A stretch of DNA of 64,000 nucleotides, taken from the IMG/VR virus record IMGVR_UViG_3300038312_000396; one strand, written 5' to 3'. The notes under the pieces are model-generated. The model saw nothing but the letters and a program-made list of their open reading frames with translations, ran no database searches and was not told where the DNA came from. This DNA is from an uncultured virus (IMG/VR IMGVR_UViG_3300038312_000396) (taxonomy: Duplodnaviria > Heunggongvirae > Uroviricota > Caudoviricetes). This document shows, one piece after another, positions 48,087 to 57,832 of the stretch; position 1 is the stretch's first letter, and each line of letters opens with the position of its first letter. Position numbers and translations under genes: made by a program.

Positions 48087-49920
48087 GACTATACACTCCT
48101 AAGTTAATAACATCATTTGCAAGTTTCTTTTTAAACTCTATCAATCTCTCAAAATACCCACGCTCTATTTCTTCGAGTTTTAACTCTTTTAGCATATATC
48201 GGATTTGAACCCAGCCTGCATCCCAACAGTTCATATGGTAGTTTTCAGGCATCTTTGTCCGATACTTTAGAGTGTCTATGTTCGCTTTACAACAGTAATC
48301 GTACAACTCCTGAGCTTCGGGGGATACTCCCTTTAGTATAGCGTTTTTCACATACTTATCATAAAATACATTCTTATGTCCATACTTCCCATAATCAGTA
48401 GTTAACAAGTCTAAACCCTGATCTTCTGCGGCTTTTAAAATCCTATTCGTGTCCATATAAAACATGGTATTTCTTACATTTTCCACATTCCCAGTGTCTA
48501 CCCTTGCTGAAAACTGATAACTCTTTAAATCAAACAAACTAAATATCAAAAAATCACGTAACAATTCTTCTTCAACTTCTCTTTCAGGCTCTATTGGGGT
48601 AGACATATTTAATCCAAAGTCACCCCTGTCGGTAATTGACCTATGCGCCGCAAACATGGTGATTGCTCTTTCCAAATTCTCCTTTGTTATATCTATGTAT
48701 CCCTCAAAAGTTATTGGTCTGGTAGAAATAATTGCTTTTCCATTCTTTGCAAGAGTGTCTACAAAAGATGTGTACGCAAAACTATTTACACTTGCTTTAA
48801 GAATTTTAACTGGTTTGCTGTTAAAGAATTTATAAGCTGGCATTTGCACATAATAGTCAGCTTCTTTCGACTTCGCCCACTCACTAATCCGTCTTTCTTT
48901 TGTCTTGAATAAACCCAACTCCATTTTCGACACTTCTCTAACATTGCCTTTACTGTCAAGTCCAATACGTTTTATGCAACCATCGCCTATCTTGTTTACC
49001 TCAAGTTGTTTATGAGTGTAGGCAACAAATACTATACCCCAAAACTCACTGGATGTGGTGTCCGCAAACTCATTACTGTTGAAAACGATACCCTCTTGAA
49101 AATCCATATACTTCTGGATGTATGACAGCAATCCCGTGTTGTCTTTTAAATAAGTTGCCGGGGAGTATACCCCCATAACTGAATTCGTTAAATTATGAAC
49201 CCTTATAAAGTCTACCACTTTAAATATAAATTGGGTGTACAGATCTCCTGTTGCCTTTCCTAATCCTAATTCTTTCATCCATAGACTTGTTGTTGTTTCT
49301 GGTGCAAAGCTCTTAAACGGTGGATTGAAGAAAAACAGTATCTTTTCATTATTTTTTACTGCCTTTTGTAACTTATCCGGTAAAGTGTCTAAAAACCCTG
49401 TGTTAACACTATCATAATCAATAGAACACAAAAAGTCACAATTAAACATTGTGACTTCGTCAGAATAAAACTCAGTGTTTCTAATTAAGTCGATGTCAGA
49501 TTTATTTAATGTGCTAAGATAAACCTTACTTGGATTAAGGTCTTTAGCACTTCTTAACAAATTCCCTGTTCCGCACGAAACGTCCCAAACATGGCAATCT
49601 TTTAAATCTATATACTGTCCCACAATCTCTCTACCATATTGAGCTAATGTTTCAGGGGTAAAATACTCCCCCCCTGCTTTTCTAACTTCTGACGGAACAT
49701 ATCTGTCTTTATTCTGTAATAAATCTAACTGCTCCTTTTCGGAAATGTCAAAAGTATCATTTATTAACTTAAAATATAGTTTCTCAATAGACGATAATTC
49801 CCTAAAGTCTGGTCTTATAATACCTGTAACGAATCTTGAAATTACTTCCTGCACGTTATCAGTTTTTACCGCATTTATCGACTTGTTGAAATAATCAAAA
49901 TATTCCTGTCCAATCAACAT
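48076..49920 (-). CDS. N6-adenine DNA methyltransferase with C-terminal target-recognition region
   Basis: GEYFTP, motif I WDVSCGTGNL, motif IV NPPF, DLYTQF. Confidence 0.85.
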   Translation of the reverse strand: MLIGQEYFDYFNKSINAVKTDNVQEVISRFVTGIIRPDFRELSSIEKLYFKLINDTFDISEKEQLDLLQNKDRYVPSEVRKAGGEYFTPETLAQYGREIVGQYIDLKDCHVWDVSCGTGNLLRSAKDLNPSKVYLSTLNKSDIDLIRNTEFYSDEVTMFNCDFLCSIDYDSVNTGFLDTLPDKLQKAVKNNEKILFFFNPPFKSFAPETTTSLWMKELGLGKATGDLYTQFIFKVVDFIRVHNLTNSVMGVYSPATYLKDNTGLLSYIQKYMDFQEGIVFNSNEFADTTSSEFWGIVFVAYTHKQLEVNKIGDGCIKRIGLDSKGNVREVSKMELGLFKTKERRISEWAKSKEADYYVQMPAYKFFNSKPVKILKASVNSFAYTSFVDTLAKNGKAIISTRPITFEGYIDITKENLERAITMFAAHRSITDRGDFGLNMSTPIEPEREVEEELLRDFLIFSLFDLKSYQFSARVDTGNVENVRNTMFYMDTNRILKAAEDQGLDLLTTDYGKYGHKNVFYDKYVKNAILKGVSPEAQELYDYCCKANIDTLKYRTKMPENYHMNCWDAGWVQIRYMLKELKLEEIERGYFERLIEFKKKLANDVINLGVYSHAN

Positions 49921-49949
49921 TATATTTCCACCCCAATAACAAATATTTT

Positions 49950-50828
49950 CTATTTATTATTAAGATAGTTTAGAAACTCACTGCTAGTCATTATTGGTAT
50001 TCCTAACTTTTGTGCTTTAACGACTTTACTTGTAAGGTCGCCTATTCCTTCCCACAAGAGTATGTCAACGTTTAACGATAAAGTTTTTATTAAGTTAATA
50101 TACACCTTACCCCTGTATAAACCGTTTAATGTCTTTATAAACGCCTCTTTGGATGGATAATTCAAAATACCCCTTGATATTACTATACTAATCTCTTTTG
50201 TTACGCTCACAACATTGAGGTAATTTTCCACATGCTCTAAAACTTCACGCTCTTGTAAAAGTCCCTCAAATACCTTTATGGCAGAAATGTTATAATCTTC
50301 TTTTTCAATAAGCCCTAATTGCTGTTCAATAAAAGAAATTCCATAGGTATCTAACGTTTCAAAAAGTTCAGTGAAAGAGTCTAAACCTTTCATAATTTTC
50401 ATTGCATTATCCCTAATAGCAGGGATGTTTGCCGCCCTCAAATATTCCCATAATTGAAGCTCTTTAGCCTGCACTTGATTGTAGAAATCTATCGACTTTT
50501 CCATAGATATGTCATCTGCTAAAACCCCATCTTCGTCCGGATTATATACAAGTAACTGCAAAGGGGATTGAAGTTCAAAATGGTTTACAATCTTTAACGC
50601 ATTTACGTCACCAATACCTATTATTATCAAATCTTTACACATTTGTACTAACCTTTTTGCCACCTTGTATGCACAAAATTCATTACTACAAACAATACTT
50701 GTTTTTTCTTCAGTTAACGTAAGTTCGCTGCCACAATCGCAGTATTTATTACAGTTAAGTAAGTTAACCATTCGCTTATCCAAGTATTTTTCATACTTAA
50801 TAACGTAATCACTGAAAGTGTAAACCAT
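49950..50828 (-). CDS. NAD-dependent DNA ligase C-terminal half (Zn finger, HhH, BRCT)
   Basis: CDCGSEL...CSNEFC, IIGIG, ANIPAI, BRCT-like TSKVVKAQKLGIPIMTSSEFL. Confidence 0.8.
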   Translation of the reverse strand: MVYTFSDYVIKYEKYLDKRMVNLLNCNKYCDCGSELTLTEEKTSIVCSNEFCAYKVAKRLVQMCKDLIIIGIGDVNALKIVNHFELQSPLQLLVYNPDEDGVLADDISMEKSIDFYNQVQAKELQLWEYLRAANIPAIRDNAMKIMKGLDSFTELFETLDTYGISFIEQQLGLIEKEDYNISAIKVFEGLLQEREVLEHVENYLNVVSVTKEISIVISRGILNYPSKEAFIKTLNGLYRGKVYINLIKTLSLNVDILLWEGIGDLTSKVVKAQKLGIPIMTSSEFLNYLNNK

Positions 50829-50843
50829 TTTAACTCCCCCTTA

Positions 50844-52121
50844 TCAAGCTTTTTCAAGTTGTTGCTTTATGTAACCAGGAAATTTTCTTGCTACAAAGTG
50901 TGGATTTTCCAGTTTTTTAAATTCTTCTTTCGGCATGTGTAACTTCTTCATTGCGTCTATAATAGTATTCCCAAGTGTAAGCACTTTCTTAAACTTCACT
51001 ATCTCATCCCTATCTTCTATTTTGCCTAGAAATAAATCCCCCGAAGCATACAAATGTACTAATTGATGGCAATTTAAACACAGTGTGATTCCGTTTTCCA
51101 TCGAGTCCTCGCCACCCAAACTAACAGGTACAACGTGGTGGAAGTCAAGCACATACATATGCTTTTCACCGCTTATATCAAGGCAACACTGACAAGAGTA
51201 TCCATCTTTTATCATTCTTGCTTTTCTAAGTGCAGGATCAACTGGTTTTCTGTCTCGTGATACTTGTTTCTTATTTTGACGGATTTCCGAAGTCCTGTCC
51301 ATTTCTTCTATTTCTGAAAGATCAAGAGTCTCCATATTACAGTTAGCTAGATTTAATAATGCAGCTATTTCATCATCCTCTAATCTCTCACGTTTCATAG
51401 GTTCAGCAGAATTTTCTACAACCTTAACAGCTTCATCAAATCCGCCTGTTTCACCTACACTGAACATTAACTCTTCTTTCTGATCTAGTAATTCCTGCCT
51501 AGTGACCTTTTTTCTGATCATGTCTAGTTTTTTATAAGCTTGGTTTATGGTGATAGTGCCCTCTAAAAGCTGATCCCGAATGTCAATCATGTCTGATTCT
51601 GATGCCCTCATTACCTCAACCAGTTTTGTGTATTCCCCTGGTCTTAGATTAAGTAAATACTCTATTAACTCAGGTGAAAAATTAACCATTTTTGATTCAA
51701 GAAACAGGGATGTATCCCACACTTCACCTATTGTGTAAGGTTCATATTGGTTAAGTATCAGTTCTAAATATGGAATAGCTTTCTTTGCTTTGGCTGAGTC
51801 ATCAAAATTGTAAACCAATGATTGTAGTTCTGTAAACCCATTCTTTAATGCTGCATGTACACGCCTTATGCCGTTAATTAATATATATTTCTTTTTATTT
51901 TCTGTGCGCATAAGAATAGGTGGTACTAATACCCCTAGTTGGGCTACAGATGCTTTTAAACCTTTTAACCCCTGTTTCCTTGCTCTGTTTGGCGGTACAA
52001 TAATATCCTCTACATTTACTTTTTCAAGTGAGATAAAAGGTTTAACAACCTCAAAATCTGTAAAGGCATTCTCAAATAAATCAACTCGTTCTTTTACACT
52101 TTCTTTCAGTATCTCATTCAT
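50844..52121 (-). CDS. ParB/Srx N-terminal domain fused to C-terminal HNH nuclease
   Basis: LKASVAQLGVLVPPIL..YILINGIRRVHA; CQCC..DFHHVVPVSLGGEDSMENGITLCLNCHQLVH. Confidence 0.8.
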   Translation of the reverse strand: MNEILKESVKERVDLFENAFTDFEVVKPFISLEKVNVEDIIVPPNRARKQGLKGLKASVAQLGVLVPPILMRTENKKKYILINGIRRVHAALKNGFTELQSLVYNFDDSAKAKKAIPYLELILNQYEPYTIGEVWDTSLFLESKMVNFSPELIEYLLNLRPGEYTKLVEVMRASESDMIDIRDQLLEGTITINQAYKKLDMIRKKVTRQELLDQKEELMFSVGETGGFDEAVKVVENSAEPMKRERLEDDEIAALLNLANCNMETLDLSEIEEMDRTSEIRQNKKQVSRDRKPVDPALRKARMIKDGYSCQCCLDISGEKHMYVLDFHHVVPVSLGGEDSMENGITLCLNCHQLVHLYASGDLFLGKIEDRDEIVKFKKVLTLGNTIIDAMKKLHMPKEEFKKLENPHFVARKFPGYIKQQLEKA

Positions 52122-52240
52122 GTAAGCACAACTCCCTACTATTCACATTTTACCAGCCTAAACACATTAGCGGTATTTATTATAATAAATAATTGTACTT
52201 ATCTTTTTTAATACTGTTACACACCCTAAAAACACTACGC

Positions 52241-52735
52241 CTAACTGTTACTTAATTTTATTATTTCAAGTATCTTAACACATTTTGTATCTATTACTGC
52301 GAATTCAGAACAAGCATATCCCCAATACTCCATGCCATGTACTGCCTGTATATTATTGTTTACTAGCCATTTATACGCCTTTGATGAAATTGTTCCAAGA
52401 ATAAGATCAGGTTCACGCAATTGAGGTAAATTTTCTAAACTTAGTTTAAAATTTTTTGTTACAAAAGAACAACTGTGTGCTAATGTGCCGGATTGATCAA
52501 AGAACATTGAATCGTATTCTCCCAAGTTTAATATTACACCACTAAATGTACACCTGTAGCAGTACTTTGCATGACAACCGTACTTCACCATTCCTTTGTC
52601 CCACATCGGTGTAAAATACACCCCATACCCTGATGCTTGTGAATATTCACGTTTAGGTTTCACATGTCTAAATTCAGCTATGTCTTTACTGTTAGTGAAA
52701 TGATATATCTCTTTGTTTTCAACAGTATGTATCAC
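52241..52735 (-). CDS. putative ADP-ribosyltransferase-fold protein
   Basis: IYHFTNS, GYGVYFT, SEFAVID (H-Y-E pattern). Confidence 0.55.
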   Translation of the reverse strand: MIHTVENKEIYHFTNSKDIAEFRHVKPKREYSQASGYGVYFTPMWDKGMVKYGCHAKYCYRCTFSGVILNLGEYDSMFFDQSGTLAHSCSFVTKNFKLSLENLPQLREPDLILGTISSKAYKWLVNNNIQAVHGMEYWGYACSEFAVIDTKCVKILEIIKLSNS

Positions 52736-52736
52736 C

Positions 52737-54017
52737 TTACTCCCCCAATTCCATTAATTTATATAATGTTCCGATAACATTGCCATCTGCGTCACAAGGT
52801 ATTATCCCCGCTTCACCACCATATTTAAAGTGTATTGTTTCACCCTCATACGCTTCAAGTAATTCAAGTGCTGCAAGATTATACAGAGGTACATTCCTGA
52901 CAGTATTTCCGTTTTCCACAACAACAGGTCTAACAACTGCTTTTGGTGTAATCTTCGACTTTCCTTGACAAAACTCTATTTTTTCAATTATTGAAGAATA
53001 CACTTCCTGTTGCCATTTACCCATTTTTAAAGCAACATTGCCTCGATTAATAGTTGTGTCACTTCCAAGTGAGTTAAATATGCCTACATCATTTATTGAA
53101 GTCACAATACCATCTGTATCATATTGATACGTCTCTTTATGCTCTCCTAAAACATCTAGTATTTCTTCTATGTCATCCTCAAAAGAACCAAACGGCGCTA
53201 TTGTAGCCGTGGCGTATAAAGGTACTTCAAAACCTAAAGATTCTAAATACTCAAATTTTTCTTCTAAAGTATTGAATTGATGCACATTGTCCCCATATAT
53301 GTCATATGCAACAAAATTTAATAGCTTCATTTCATCTTCTGTTGCGTAAGGTCTAATTAAAGAAGATACTGCTGAAAATACCGACTTTATATCAGGGTTA
53401 AATTTACGGGCTTTACTTAAAGCATGCTTGTTTAGTACAATTTCCCCCCTTAATTCTACCAATCCTAAACTACTTAATTTTGTTAAATTTTTATCGGAAA
53501 GTATAACACTTAAATGGTTAGTCGTATCTCTGCCCCTTTTATACCTGCCTTTTGTACTTGCAGAAACAACTTTACCGTCATGTATTGCCGCTCTACCAGC
53601 ATGCCCATTTAACTTGAAAGAACTAACACACTCAATTTCCCTGATACCCTTTTGTTTTACTAAATCCTGCAACTCTTTTCTAAACCTATCTAAGTCTCTC
53701 ATTTCTTTTATCGTTTCAATAGACTTCATAGGTATTTTAGTTAAGTACTTATCTTTATCCTTATCAATTTCACCATAATCCATAGCGTAAACTTCATTTA
53801 ATACGTCTGCATCAGGCTTTAATTTTTTTAAAATCCCTCTCAGCCTATCATATAACGTGTTTGATACTTCTTCCTCGCCTTTTTCATATGAAATATTATA
53901 GTCTCTTACTTTATCAGTCAGTGTTTCTACAATCTCGTCTACAGTCCCCTCTAGTTGATCTTGCGAAATTCCTAAATTTGATAGTAATATCCTATCTTGT
54001 ACATTGAATTCTATCAT
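52737..54017 (-). CDS. NAD-dependent DNA ligase N-terminal half (Ia, adenylation, OB)
   Basis: YEKGEEEVSNTLYD, PMKSI, KLNG, STKG, ELRGEI, DTDGIV, VALK, KITPKAVVRPV. Confidence 0.85.
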   Translation of the reverse strand: MIEFNVQDRILLSNLGISQDQLEGTVDEIVETLTDKVRDYNISYEKGEEEVSNTLYDRLRGILKKLKPDADVLNEVYAMDYGEIDKDKDKYLTKIPMKSIETIKEMRDLDRFRKELQDLVKQKGIREIECVSSFKLNGHAGRAAIHDGKVVSASTKGRYKRGRDTTNHLSVILSDKNLTKLSSLGLVELRGEIVLNKHALSKARKFNPDIKSVFSAVSSLIRPYATEDEMKLLNFVAYDIYGDNVHQFNTLEEKFEYLESLGFEVPLYATATIAPFGSFEDDIEEILDVLGEHKETYQYDTDGIVTSINDVGIFNSLGSDTTINRGNVALKMGKWQQEVYSSIIEKIEFCQGKSKITPKAVVRPVVVENGNTVRNVPLYNLAALELLEAYEGETIHFKYGGEAGIIPCDADGNVIGTLYKLMELGE

Positions 54018-54903
54018 GTGTAGTCCTCCAATCTTTGAAGTTCTTAAGACCTGAAATTGAACGCTCTACTTGTTTTGGTAATGCAAGACAATATAAATTT
54101 TCTTCATTTTTTACCCTATCTGTGATTCCGTACCGCACTAAGTCCAACCCTAGTTTTTTAAAATTACCAATGTTTATTAAGCATAGCATTGTTTTTTCAT
54201 GTCCTTTATAAAACCCCTTTACCGTTGATTCTATAGTCCTGTTATACTTGACCTCTAAATGCTCAAAACCATCATCTAAAGTTTCTAACATTTGATCTTT
54301 TAAACTTTCATTCAAAAAATAAAAACTAATAAGACCTAAACGAAAGTTCTTTATGTAATTATTTTTTTCTGCTGTAGATATTACGTTAACACCACTGTTT
54401 ATTTCATAGGCGTGGGTATACGCTATTCCCAATGAGTCATATACATCATCCGGTACACCCATCTCTAAAAACTCTGTTATATTATAAATGTGACCTAACG
54501 CTTCTTGTACTGCTTCTTTATGCCTACCTGTGATGCGAATAGCTTCATTTACTATCGCTAATAACTTAGATTTCCATTCTGTGTTAGGTATTTTATAAAT
54601 ATCGAACACCACATCGGGATACAGCATTTTTATGTCTTCTGCACACTCATTCAGTATTATTAACAACCTACTAGTGTCAAAATTTACCGAACCAAAAACA
54701 TCTTCTATTACAACATCAGTAACGTCATACTTGTCAATTAACTTAGCTAAATACTTTATAAGTCTTTTTCTTACAGATGTTACGTCTCTTTCATCCTTAT
54801 TGATTAAAAAACCAGTGTATAACGGATTATAGTCCAAATCCAATATTGAACACCCTGTACTGCTTTTCGATATATCTGCTCCCAGTATGATTCTTTTATT
54901 CAT
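53992..54903 (-). CDS. RuvC-like Holliday junction resolvase with C-terminal extension
   Basis: LGADISKSSTG, VVIEDVF, EWKS, DDVYDSLGIA. Confidence 0.75.
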   Translation of the reverse strand: MNKRIILGADISKSSTGCSILDLDYNPLYTGFLINKDERDVTSVRKRLIKYLAKLIDKYDVTDVVIEDVFGSVNFDTSRLLIILNECAEDIKMLYPDVVFDIYKIPNTEWKSKLLAIVNEAIRITGRHKEAVQEALGHIYNITEFLEMGVPDDVYDSLGIAYTHAYEINSGVNVISTAEKNNYIKNFRLGLISFYFLNESLKDQMLETLDDGFEHLEVKYNRTIESTVKGFYKGHEKTMLCLINIGNFKKLGLDLVRYGITDRVKNEENLYCLALPKQVERSISGLKNFKDWRTTHDRIQCTR

Positions 54904-54916
54904 TGTCTAATACCCC

Positions 54917-55555
54917 TTATTCTTTTAAATATCTTTTGAATATTTCATTTAATTCTGAATTCTTTAAGTCAATTTCTTTACCATGTATTATTATCATATC
55001 AAAAAGACAATGCACTTTTAAGTTAGCCTGCGATACCCTTTCGTTTAAATTATATAATCTTTTGTTTGTGATTACATTTGTCTTGTCCTGCCTTACCTTT
55101 TCCATTAATTTGCTACGTCTTTCTTTATAGTCCTTTATCTTGCTTTTAATGTCTTCCTCAATAATTTCTAAAGTATCAGATTCATCTACTATAAACTTAG
55201 GAATTTCCACCTTATACATGTTAGCCAAATCTAACAAGGCATCCACATAACTTACTTTGCTCTTTAATTGTATACTCATAAAGGCTCTGTGTATACCTAT
55301 AACATTACCGCCCACCGAACAACCAAAACAATTAGCAAAATTTCTTTTCTTCTCGTATGAAAAGGATGGATCAGTGTCATCATGAAAAGGACAAATTATC
55401 GCACTTACGGATATATCCTTGTTTGCATCGCCCTTATACTTCTTAGGATATGCAGGTATTATAACCTTGTTTATATGCTCAGGTAACGAAACCTTTTCAA
55501 CTATCTCGTTTTCAGCTTTTTTATATAATGTCTTGTTAAAAATATACACCACCAC
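54917..55555 (-). CDS. stand-alone primase-type CHC2 zinc-binding domain protein (start approximate)
   Basis: CPFHDDTDPSFS...CFGCSVGGNVI...SYVDALLDLA. Confidence 0.8.
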   Translation of the reverse strand: MVVYIFNKTLYKKAENEIVEKVSLPEHINKVIIPAYPKKYKGDANKDISVSAIICPFHDDTDPSFSYEKKRNFANCFGCSVGGNVIGIHRAFMSIQLKSKVSYVDALLDLANMYKVEIPKFIVDESDTLEIIEEDIKSKIKDYKERRSKLMEKVRQDKTNVITNKRLYNLNERVSQANLKVHCLFDMIIIHGKEIDLKNSELNEIFKRYLKE

Positions 55556-55601
55556 CTTTATCTCTAACCAACATTGTTTAATTAAATTTAGTTGTGCGAA
55601 C

Positions 55602-55639
55602 AGAAAACCTGTAAACATTTATGTGTTTACAGGTTTTCT
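55602..55639 (-). terminator. terminator-like hairpin
   Basis: 16-bp stem AGAAAACCTGTAAACA/TGTTTACAGGTTTTCT. Confidence 0.7.
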
Positions 55640-55692
55640 TCTCGAAAAGACAAGGTATATTTTTAAAGGGGTGTTAACCTGATTTGCTTAGT

Positions 55693-56277
55693 TTATCTTT
55701 TGATTATGACAGGTGTTATTACCGCTGTCATGCCTGATGAAAGCCTCGCACTTTCAATATCAAAATTTAACTGTATTCCCATTGTCTCTGCAATTTCTTT
55801 TGCATGTTTGTAAGACAATCTAAATGCAGGATACTCCATCATATTGTTTCCGACTAATTCACGTACCACAGGTACTTTATTCACACAATAAAGCCCTATG
55901 ATAGCTTTAGTGCTTTTATTTTGTCTCTTTAAGTACTTCTTAAATTCTTCAATTGCCAGTCTTTGCTGTTTTTTGTAAAGTACTTTGTCTTGTTCAACGT
56001 TCACTGCTGAGATTTTGCTTTCAAGTGAACCCATAACCTTAGCGTATACATCATGGGTAATAAAAACTATTTTCCCGTTTTTAACACTCACAACCTGTAT
56101 GTTTTCTGCCCCTAACTCTTTTTTAATGTCATTCAACATTCCTTTTCTTTTGTACGTCTCGTCTGAGTATATACCCCATGTGCACCCAAATACATAATTT
56201 GGTGCTATATCCCCTAGAACGAATTCATGTGCTATACTAAACCCCATGTCTGCATCCCCCTTATTCCCACACTCCAT
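55693..56277 (-). CDS. hypothetical protein
   Basis: ORF with GGGGG RBS before MGFS. Confidence 0.55.
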   Translation of the reverse strand: MECGNKGDADMGFSIAHEFVLGDIAPNYVFGCTWGIYSDETYKRKGMLNDIKKELGAENIQVVSVKNGKIVFITHDVYAKVMGSLESKISAVNVEQDKVLYKKQQRLAIEEFKKYLKRQNKSTKAIIGLYCVNKVPVVRELVGNNMMEYPAFRLSYKHAKEIAETMGIQLNFDIESARLSSGMTAVITPVIIKR

Positions 56278-56324
56278 AAAATAATTGATCTTCGTTATAA
56301 TTTAACTTTTTGTCTATATATTTT

Positions 56325-57803
56325 TTATTCCTGTACTATTTCACCAAAAAATGAACATACCCCTATGTTCCCTACCATGTAGAAAGGTGAAAAGTACTTT
56401 CCTACCCTTGATGGTATGGGTAATACCTGTACCCTGCCTAACTGTAACTCTTCTTGTGTTGCGTATAGTCCTATATTTTTGTCAGGTGTTTTAATTGTCT
56501 CGTATGTGCCGCCCCCAGAAGTTCTTAAATCAATGTCCTTACCTTGATGTAATGCGTCAACTATATCTGCTTTAAACTGTGCAGGTAAAATAGTAGCAAA
56601 ACCTAATTTCTTCTGTAACCTCAATAACCTAACATAGCCCAGTTCTAATGCCTGTGTCTTAGTGATTTTAGTGTAGTCTATGAGTCCTAAATAATCCACT
56701 ACAAGTAAATCGAAAGGATCAGTCTCATACGCTCTTTCTAACTCATCTAAAAAAGTATCAACATGACAAGGTTTGTCAATAAACTGGATACTCCCATAAT
56801 CAGGATTAGTTATTAAATCATAATAAGAAGCAAATTCAGCTTGCCTATATTCCTCTGATGGGTATAACTGTTTCTTTATTGTTTCCGAATCCAGTTCAAC
56901 ATAAACATTATCCTCTGAATTGTAATAGTAATCAAAATGTCTAGCTCTCAATAAGGGTGTCCAAGTTAAATGATTCCCCTCTAATACCCATATTGCCACT
57001 CTTTGTTTATTGACTACTACCGCTCTATGAGCTAAGTAGGCTGAAAATCTCGTTTTACAAGACTTTGCAGGTGCTAGTAAAGACACCATTTCACCAGAAT
57101 ATATCGCACCATATGCTTTGTCTAGAGGTCCAATTCCAAAGTCAGTAACTTTTCTTAATGTGTTTTTATCTGATTCTGTACTTTCTTTATAGTAGTCTAA
57201 GTCTAGTTTAAATACCCCTCTGTGCTCTGTTTCAGACGATATTATTAAATTGTCTAACTTTGTAAATGCTTTACTTAAATATTGTTTTGTATCGTCATAT
57301 CCTTGTAAGGTTTTCTTACCCTGCTGTACACCATCCAACATTATTGTGGTTGCAGTATCAATTTCTTTAAGCGTGTATTCCGCTTTAAATCCGTCAATAT
57401 ACCCTTTTACAGCGTCTTTGAAAGTCTCAAAAGACACAATTTCGTCAGCTATCTCATTGTATACCTCTAAACAGCTGCTTATAAAGGCTTCAACAGAGGT
57501 CATCCCCTCGCTCTCTCCCCCTATTAATTGCCTGTAATCTTCCATATTTATTAACTTTGATTCCTCAAACTTACCTTTGTTACGCTCCAAAGTGGAAAGT
57601 AACGAATCTTCTGAAATAACATAAATCTCTTTCCGTGCACTTATTAATGAATAAAAAACTGAGTACTCGTTTTTAAATATGTTTTCTCTTACCTTTGTCT
57701 TTAGATAATTGTGACATAACTTTATGTTCTCTAGTAGTTGCTTATCGTCTACCGAAATTTCTCTGTAAATTAACCCCCCAAAAATAGTCTTGTCAAACTC
57801 CAC
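56325..57803 (-). CDS. DnaB-like replicative helicase
   Basis: FGIGPLDKAYGAIYSGEM, variant Walker A APAKSCKT, VLEG, LVVDYLGL, PAQF. Confidence 0.75.
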   Translation of the reverse strand: MEFDKTIFGGLIYREISVDDKQLLENIKLCHNYLKTKVRENIFKNEYSVFYSLISARKEIYVISEDSLLSTLERNKGKFEESKLINMEDYRQLIGGESEGMTSVEAFISSCLEVYNEIADEIVSFETFKDAVKGYIDGFKAEYTLKEIDTATTIMLDGVQQGKKTLQGYDDTKQYLSKAFTKLDNLIISSETEHRGVFKLDLDYYKESTESDKNTLRKVTDFGIGPLDKAYGAIYSGEMVSLLAPAKSCKTRFSAYLAHRAVVVNKQRVAIWVLEGNHLTWTPLLRARHFDYYYNSEDNVYVELDSETIKKQLYPSEEYRQAEFASYYDLITNPDYGSIQFIDKPCHVDTFLDELERAYETDPFDLLVVDYLGLIDYTKITKTQALELGYVRLLRLQKKLGFATILPAQFKADIVDALHQGKDIDLRTSGGGTYETIKTPDKNIGLYATQEELQLGRVQVLPIPSRVGKYFSPFYMVGNIGVCSFFGEIVQE

Positions 57804-57832
57804 CTAGCCCACCTGTCTTTCCCCTTGTCCTA

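Noticed and set aside
50829..52736. Group I intron with HNH homing endonuclease interrupting the ligase
   Set aside because: Both ligase halves have their own start/stop signals, the insert is almost entirely coding, and no intron core structure was recognised; not formally excluded without RT-PCR
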